Shown here: positions 55,604 through 64,000 of the stretch, in pieces
How the letters are laid out: every line of letters starts with the position of its first letter
Position numbering within the stretch: the stretch's first letter is position 1
Source of the DNA: the human T2T-CHM13v2.0 reference genome, Homo sapiens
Length of the DNA stretch: 64,000 nucleotides
Reading direction: 5' to 3' (one strand)
Assembly (NCBI RefSeq): GCF_009914755.1
Contig: NC_060942.1
Notes under the pieces: generated by a model
What the model saw: the letters and a program-made list of their open reading frames with translations, nothing else
The model's database searches: none
What the model was told of the DNA's origin: nothing
Made by a program: the position numbers and the translations under genes

Positions 55604-57904
55604 GTGTATGTTTCATTGTAAGATTTTCTGTTTCAATTTAATTCCATGAAATTAAGGTTTTGTTTCTTTTACTTTCTGTCCAAACAGAGAAATCCATATA
55701 AATGCATTCAGGTGCTTATGACCTAAAGGGCTTCATTAACAAAGAAGAGGTTGCATGTAAAATAATTTCCCCTATGTCTGTGTTTGTCATTTTAGAAATC
55801 GTAATCTGTCATTTTAGAATTGGAAGGATATTTATATTGTAGAAGAAATCATTTCATCGTGTTATATATTATTCTTCTGAGCACTGTAGTCCTTTTTAGT
55901 GACTTAGGGGGTCTCTTCTAAATTTAAAAATAATCATCAAATATAATGTGCTCCCTTTCCTTTGTGGGAAATTAAGCATTAGTCATTTGGCTTATAATCC
56001 AATCATAAAACTTACTTATTTTCTTTTTACATAATTTGTACATCTTTTTGTATTATTCCTTGTGTTCTCCTTACTTACAAGGCACCTTCCTGGAGACCTT
56101 TTTTTTTTTTTCCGTCTGCTTCTTTTCATGAATTTATTTTGATATAGCAGCATTTTTCCTTCAAATTTGGGGTATCTAATTTTTATCTGAATAATAGCTG
56201 GAGCTTTAATTTTAATCAATTAAACACAATTATTTACTGGCTTTAAATATTACATTTGTTACTAATTTGTTTTTTTCTTTTTCAAAACTTTTTTGGATGA
56301 AGATCTTGGGGCTCTTAATAAAATTGCTATTTCTTATGTTCTATGAAGGTTTCACTCCCCTTTGTGGAAGAAGATTTCTCTAGCTCACTAGTAGATTATC
56401 ACCTGTGTAGACAGCCGATGGTGTGGCAGGTGGTGTCTTAATATAATAACTGGGCTGAATTCCCAGAGTACAAAGCCATGCAAAAGAGTTACCAAATCAT
56501 TTTATAATAAGCAAAATCAAGTAGGTTCATTCTGAATTCTCTTGTTCTTTAAGTTCCTTTAAGAAAGTTTTATAATTTTGGTCACATTTAATCTTTGCAT
56601 TTCTGTCACTGATTTTTTTTTTACATTTTTTTTTCTTTTGGTTAAAATGGTAAGAAGGAATAACTGGATTTTTATATCAAGATTCAGTAATATTTGGAGA
56701 TTAGGCCAGGTGGCTCATAATATGTGATAACAGATTGAAACTTGGGACAAAAAATGTCAATTCCATTTCTCTCATTGAGTTTTTTTGATGCTGAATTTCA
56801 TCCCAATGTCCAGACAAAGAGGCACATAGCCCAGTACTCTTAACAAGCTTCCTTCTGAAAGCAGACATCTGTTGTGCATTAATTGTGCAAAGATAAAATA
56901 GTGAATGATGGATTATTATTTCCCTAGGAACTTTATTAGTGCTCTCTGCTATTTATATCCCCAAAGAGGAAAGTGGGAAATAATGCAGATCATGTGATGA
57001 TCAGATACAAGTGCTGTTGTCATGAAAATTGATATTATCTGACAATATTTTGTCTTCCTTTGGTGTTGGACAATAGTGTTATTCTCTGTACAAATAATGA
57101 GCATATTACTTAGGTTCATGCAACCCCAAGTGAATTTTAATTATGATCCACATCAAAACCCTTGTGAGGTACTGGTTATAAATAGCATGTCCTTAACATT
57201 TTATCACACATCTTGATGAGACTATTCTACAATTTAGAAAGAGATTCCCTATAGTTATCTTTAATTTGGATAACATTGGATAAATGTCCCTTATCAAGGC
57301 GGCACACCATAAACACTTGAAATACTTCTACTGCAAGTGATCTCTGGGATGCTGAAGTGTTCTATCAGCTACAAATTTGCCACATGATATCATAGCTTTG
57401 ATTCTGCAGTTGCTATAGTACTCTGAAAAAATGCTCAGTGTTAGTCCCTCAAGGCATCTATTAAGCACCAGCTTTGTAGGATATCAAGTGCTTCACTCTC
57501 ACTGGTCGTGAAGCTGGCTTAATTTATTTAGCAGACAAGAGAAGAAAAAAAAACTCTGAGCTGCAATAAAGTGTTTACTAGAATGTTTTATATATGCATA
57601 ACAATAATCATACATTATCTAGATTAACACATTGTAAAGCAATGTCAATTCTTGTTAGATTTTTTAAGACATCTGTGCCCACTTATCAAATCAATTTTTA
57701 AAGATTTTAAAAGTTTATCATATAGAGATAAAGCATTATAATGTCATAGATTCAAGTGACACAATTATTTAAGATGATATTCTTAAGAACCTTGGACTTA
57801 CTGGATATATTCAATTAGCTTAATTCCTTTGTAGAAACCCAAGACTTAATTCTTCAGCTTAACATACAAAAATTATGGCAACTGAAAATGCATGTCATAC
57901 TTAT

Positions 57905-59340
57905 TTTAAATTATTTTAACAGCTTTATTAAAATATAATTAATACACCATACATTTTGCCCATTTTAAGGGTTCAGTGCAATTCAATAGTTATTAGTATC
58001 ATCATCATGTTGTGTAACAATCACTACAATCTAATTTTAAAACAGTGTCATCATCTCAAAGAGGAAAGCCTCTGCACATTAGCAGCCATTCCCATTCTCC
58101 TGTTGCCCTAGTTCTTGCCAACTGTGAATCTAGTTTCCCTCTTTACAGACTTTCCGATTTTGGACACTTCATATAAATGGATTCATAGAATATGTGACCT
58201 TTTGTGACTGGCTTATTTTATTTAACATACTGTTTTCAAAGTTCATCATCTTGTAGCATGGATCAATGCTTCAGTCTTTGTATGGTTCATTCATCAGTTA
58301 ATGGATATTTGGGTTGTTTACATCTTTTGGCATTATTTTTGTGTAGATGTATGTTTTTTTTTCCCTTGGGATTGTGAAATCATATGGTAACTCTATGTCT
58401 AACTTTTAAGGAACTGTCAAACTATTTTTCAAAATGGTTCCATCATTTTACATTTTCACATGCAATGTTAGAGGATTTCAATTTCTTCACATTCTTACCA
58501 AAATTTGTTAGAGTTCATCTTTTTTACTCTGGCCATCCTCCTTTGGTGTGAAGTGGTATCATATTATGATTTTTATTTGAAATTTCCAAATGCTTAATGA
58601 TGTTGAGTACATTTACATGTGCTAACTGGCCATTTGTATATTTTCTTTGAAAAAAATTTATTCACATCTTCTGCTCATTTCTAAATTGGTTTGTCTTTTT
58701 ATAATTTAGTTGTGGTTTTTTTCATTACTATTATTTTGGATACAAGTCCCTTCTCAGATATACAATTTGGAAATATTTTCTCTTATTTCTCTCCTTCTGT
58801 GGATTGAATTGTCTTTCCACTTTCTTGATAGAGTTATTTGAAGCTTACAACTTTTAAATAGTTTCTGATTAAGTCCAGTTTGTTTATTTTTTCTCTATTG
58901 TTGCTTGAGCTTTTGTTGCTGTGTATGTTGCTCAAATCAAATGTAATAAAGATTTACTCTCATATTTTCTTCTAAGGGTTTTATAGTTTTAGCTCTCACA
59001 TTTGGGTCTATGATCTCTTCTGAGTTACCTTTGGGGAATGGTATAAAGTGCAGGTTCAACTTCATTATTTTCTTTGTCAATCTAGATTCCAGAACAATTT
59101 GTTAAAAAGATTATGATTTCCTAATTGAAATGTTTTGGCACTCATGTCAAAAAGCAATTGACCATAAATGTCAGATTTTCTTTTTGAACTTTGGACACAA
59201 TTATATTCCACTGGTCTATATGTCTATGCTTAAGCCAGTAAAACATTGTCTTGAGCACTATAGCTTTTCTGTTGAAAAGTACTGAAATTAACAAATGTGA
59301 GTTATCCAAATTTATTCCTTTGTAAAATTGTTCTATACTT
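57905..59340 (-). mobile_element. L1MB-type LINE-1, antisense
   Basis: aacagctttattaaaatataatt...cattagcagccattcccattctcc...tttggatacaagtccctt...ttttatagttttagctctcacatt. Confidence 0.88.
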
Positions 59341-59369
59341 TATATATATATGCATATATAATTATTATT

Positions 59370-61890
59370 ATTATAAAGACACCCCACTGTGGATGCTGTG
59401 CATGTGTATATATATACACACACACACAAATATATATACACACATACATATTTATATGTATATTTACATATACATGGGAAATAATTGGTTTCCTTTTGGG
59501 AAATAATTGGTTCAAAATATTGAGAATATAGCTTTTTATCATTTCGGTCACTGTAATTGTCCACTTAGAGAAAACTATCTCCAGCCTGTTTGCAAAACAG
59601 CCATACCCTTAAAATGGAAATCTCTCAAATCTGAACCTGTGTCATTCCATATAGAATTACTCAATTATACTAATTTATTTATAAGCAAGCATTTTACCTT
59701 TTGCTCTAAAGAATTTAATTCAAAAATTGAGTATTTCCCTGAGATACCCTCATGTTCATTTCATTAACTCCATACATATAACAATTGCATTACTAGTATA
59801 CCATATTAGAAACACTATTGTTTATAGATCTCAAAGTTCAATAAATGATTTTAGCAATTCATTTATCCAACAATAGCTTGTGTAATATTTTTTAAACATT
59901 TTAACAATCGTCCAGTAGGCAAGGATGCTACTTAATTTAAATGGAAGGTACTTGGTAAATATTTAGTAAGCAGTTCCATGAAAATGTGAAAATCCTGTGA
60001 AATTCAATGGTTTTTGTTGGAAAAATGAAGGTTACTAGGTACACTACCTAAGTGATTCTTGAAAATCAGAATCATCATCATGGGTTACAAAACTAGAGGA
60101 CATTATAAGTTTTTGGATTCACAAAATTACGATAATCTAATAGTTTCCATATAGGCAGTAAAAAGATGTGATATTGGAGGACCTGGAATTGATTCTGACA
60201 TTGAAATACATGTAGAATCATGTAACAAATGCTATATACATAGCAAATTTCTCAAAAGACAACTGCTTTCTACCTGAGATCACCAAGAAGTCTTAGTAAA
60301 ATGTCTTTATTGGTTTTACTGAAGTTTTTTTTCCAGATGGAGAGTTCATTGTCATACAGTCCTTAATAAAGTGGACCAGAATATTTCACTTCCAATTATA
60401 AATATCTGGGCAAAATTTACTCTGTATTAATGATTCAAAACTGGCAAATTGCCATGGATGCTTATTTCTTGTAAAGGTTCTGCATTGCATGAGGTGCATT
60501 TGGGGAATTTGTGAACAGGAACTTAGCTGAAATTTTGCCATCATTCCTCATTACCCTAATCAAATTCCAAGCTGGATAGATTATAAGGACACCCCACTGT
60601 GGATGCCCTGGAGCAGAATTGGAGCAGATTGGCCAAAAACACTTGCCAGAATCCCCGATGCTCAACTTGTCACTTCAAGTTCCATGGCAGGAGTTGGTCC
60701 TGTTCTATTGCTAATGGAAAGATGTATTAAAATTGGTTATCAACTGCTTCCATTGGGATTTAAAGTTTTATATACCAATAAAAAGAGGAAGAAAGTACTT
60801 GCTTTAGTCTGCAGCATCTAACAGGCTTTTGTAGCCATTTCTATTGTGTTATATTTTATTTTTCATGATAGAAATTACTATTTTCTAATAACTGTAATAT
60901 CTTTTTAGCTGAAATCATTGTCCCCAAATTATGAAGACTTAGAATATAGCCGAATCCTTGTTATATTGTCCGTTTGATGTGATTCTAAGATATGGTTTAA
61001 ATGTGTTTTACTTGAGATCTAAATTTTTGGGAATCTACCCAGATTTTAGCAAGACGACCTGGGGCCTTACCAGAGTAGCAATAGGAACAAAGGAATTATT
61101 CTGTACACAAAGTAAATATTGAATTGGATTCATCTGGCATACCTAAACTTTAGGAAATTATTTATATAGAAATTTTCAAATTATAGCCTACTTGCTTGGC
61201 AATGACTTTTAACAACAGTGGAAGGGCGTCTGTTGCTTTAGCCTAACCAGCATTCATTTGTTCTTTTTTAACAAGCAAACACTATTCCAGGCTCTTGAAA
61301 TACATGCATGAATAAAATGAATACCCCTGCTGCATGGGATTTGCATTGTGAAATGCAAAGGAGAGAAACAGAGGCCATTAAAATATAGATCATATAACTC
61401 TTAGAAAATATCCAAATTTCTACATTGGGTACAAGTGGCAGTATTAAATATGGTGTTTGGCCTAAGCTTTGACTAAATGCATGAAAGACGATAAACTGAA
61501 TCATTCAGATATCTGTTAAAGGAAGATTTTGGGAAGAAGGAATAGTCAGTACACATCCTCGATTGAAGTTATCAAATAGAGAAAAACAGGTGATATATGA
61601 CAGTGCACTGCATATCAATGAAGCTATGTATGTTGTATGTTGTGTATGTGTATATATATATGTGTGGGGGTGTATATATACACACACACACACACACACA
61701 CATACATACATATATACACGCACATACACATTACTCTTTGCAAAGTTTCTGCATTGCATGAGCTTCATTCAGGGAATTTGTGAACAGATACTTAGCTGAA
61801 TTTTTGCCATCATTCCTAATTACCATAACCAAATTCCAAGCTGGACAGATTATAAAGACACCCCACTGTGGATGTCGTGGATGTGTATAT
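59370..61890 (+). repeat. Dispersed local duplication: 137-bp direct repeat (60469-60605 and 61738-61874) plus a third partial copy (59370-~59411)
   Basis: Manual ungapped alignment gives 14 mismatches in 137 bp. The core attataaagacaccccactgtggatg is identical at 59370-59395 and 61849-61874, with one mismatch at 60580-60605. Confidence 0.92.
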
Positions 61891-62122
61891 GCACCCACAC
61901 ATCCGTATGTACAAACACATCCATATACACACACACATCCCATGTATATCACATTTAGAATATATGGTTGCAAAAACATCAAGGGACTCACAGTCTATGA
62001 GGGACAGAAATAGAAAATGCTGATTATAATTTAGCTTTATAAGTTCAAGGATAAAGGACAACAAGAGGTAGAATAAAGTGTCTAATGAAAACGACATCTG
62101 TCAGGCCAGGGCAATTGTACTG

Positions 62123-62262
62123 ACTTCTCTTCCAAGTGTGTTCCAAGGACAAGCAGCATCAGTATCACCTGGAGACTGGTTGAAATGCAAAAATTTTGAG
62201 CCCCACCTAGACTCACTGAGTCATTATTTTCATTGTATCAGCATCCTCAGGTGATTTATGAG
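62123..62262. mobile_element. MER5A
   Basis: caagtgtgttccaaggacaagcagcatcagtatcacctggaga...gaaatgcaaa...cctcaggtgattt. Confidence 0.8.
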
Positions 62263-62873
62263 AAGGTTAACAAAAGAAGAAAGAACATGAGCAAAGACAT
62301 GAGGGAAGAGAAAGAGTAAAACAAACACCACTGCCAATAACAAATCAGCCTCGTTTTGTATAGAGAAATAGAAAAATTCAGAATATAACAAAACAGATCA
62401 CCCTGATAGAAGGTGAGAGAAGACAGTAAATTGGATGAGGCTTTTTGTGTTAATCTGAGTACGGAGTCTAATTTGTAGCACTGGGGGCTATTGCGGGACT
62501 TGTTACGTGAGACTAAATGGTCACAATAACCCCACCTAGGTCTTTGAGGTAAACCAGATGAGAGATTGTAAAAGCCTTGATCACACCTCAGGTACTTTGC
62601 ATTGCTTTTAAAACATCCTTCAAATTAAATGTTGATTTTTTATTGTAAATTTTATAAGAGATTGAAACAGATTTATAAAATATCAGAATGTTTAAGCAAC
62701 CAAATGAATAATTAATAATATCACAGCCACCTCTATCACTATTTTGTGGTATTTTTGTTTTTATTTTTATATATAATAATTTTTTGCAAGAAATGTCATA
62801 AATTATACATAGTATTGTGAGGATTTTTAATCAACTTAAATAGCATAAAATGGCGCCATGAAATCCAAATAAA

Positions 62874-62915
62874 CATTTTAATGTCTGCAGAATGTTCCAT
62901 TTTAATGTCTGCAGA
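62874..62915. repeat. Perfect 18-bp direct repeat, 24-bp period
   Basis: cattttaatgtctgcaga at 62874-62891 and 62898-62915. Confidence 0.9.
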
Positions 62916-64000
62916 CTATAATTAAACATAATATTTTCAGTAACCATTTAGGTTAACTTGACTTTTTCATGATCATAATGGAGTACATTTGTGCAAAATG
63001 TTTGTGTGTTTCTGATATTATTTGTCATACGTTCCAATACATAATGAATAAAACATGAATATTTTAGGGCTTTTGGTATGGCTTTGATTTAGAAATGCCT
63101 TCCAAAATGTGCTCCAATTCATATTACCACCATTCTCATAATTTTGATATTAACATTTTTCTTGACCAAAAATATACATACCTTCTTTAAAAGATGAACT
63201 ATACAAACATAAAGATAAAAATGTAAAGCACCCATAAGGGATCCTTCCTGCCAGTGATAATTTCCACTAACTTTTTACACTATTTCCTTCCAACCATGTC
63301 TATTAAGTCACATATTTCATATCCATCTCTATACAAGTGTGTTTTTGTGTATAAATGCATTTACAAACTGATTTACATATTCTATATATTTATTAATATA
63401 CACAAGCATTCACACACAGACACTCTCCCCCAAATCATCTTTGTATTCCTAACAAATATGCATTAAAGGCATTATATAAAACTTGCTTCAATGGAAAATA
63501 GAGTCAATTATTTCTTCAGATATTTCATAAATGCATATCCATAAATCTTAAACATTATCGAGTGGCTCAATGTTTGATTAGGCTACACATTTTTATTAAA
63601 TACTAATCTTTTCCTTTCATCAGTTGCTCTTGTCATTAGCAAAGCCCTCGCATATTTTTATCACCTTTTATCACTGGTTACTAAAGGACCATTCAGACAG
63701 TGCAACAGGGGGGTTCCTGTGCTTACCACGTTGCAACCATATGTCATCTCCATCGCAAAAATGTCACTTTCTAGATTTTAGATCTAGAATATCTAACTGA
63801 AGATACAAAGCTATCTAGAGTATTCCATTGGAGATAGTAAAATGAATGCCATAGGAAAACAGCATGTATTTATTTTAATATTAAGATCCTACTCTGTGTG
63901 CAGTTGCAGAGCTTGCTTTTATTAAATTAACATTATATAGTTATATCTAACAGTGTTAAGTATAACATTTTTTCCAAAGTTATTTTGTTTCTTGAATATT

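Noticed and set aside
59370-61874. Three near-identical 26-bp repeats at regular spacing resembling a CRISPR array
   Set aside because: Spacers are ~1.2 kb rather than 30-40 bp, the homology extends beyond the core, the context is primate intron and there are no cas genes.

Overview
AT-rich, repeat-dense primate (very likely human) genomic DNA. The only protein-coding sequence I can support is one 171-nt internal exon on the + strand (35601-35771, [15 protein letters not shown]...[19 protein letters not shown]). I recognise it as the penultimate coding exon of the coiled-coil gene CCDC102B, so the rest of the window is most likely its two large flanking introns. The supplied ORF track misses this exon, and its ORFs are almost all repeat-derived or chance. 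The remainder is a layered record of transposons: L1PA/L1M LINEs, L2/MIR, seven Alus, a full LTR-internal-LTR THE1 (MaLR) element with a nested MLT2A LTR, a second inverted MLT2A, MER61, old ERVL/MaLR LTRs, MER5, MADE1 and Charlie. I found no evidence of a new multi-gene biological system, CRISPR array or RNA gene. The leads worth checking are: (1) a sense THE1 LTR with a DUX4-type motif and an ATG-ATT|GTGAGT donor in frame with the CCDC102B exon; (2) a three-part mosaic local duplication at 59.4-61.9 kb; (3) a twin-primed L1 with an extremely short non-inverted part; (4) an antisense AluY with a 63-T tract upstream of a weak, frame-symmetric exon; (5) a 28-bp hairpin and an Alu with an inverted tail that look like template-switch scars. 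Repeat subfamily names come from recalled consensus sequences. Repeat boundaries are approximate unless a target-site duplication (TSD) is given.
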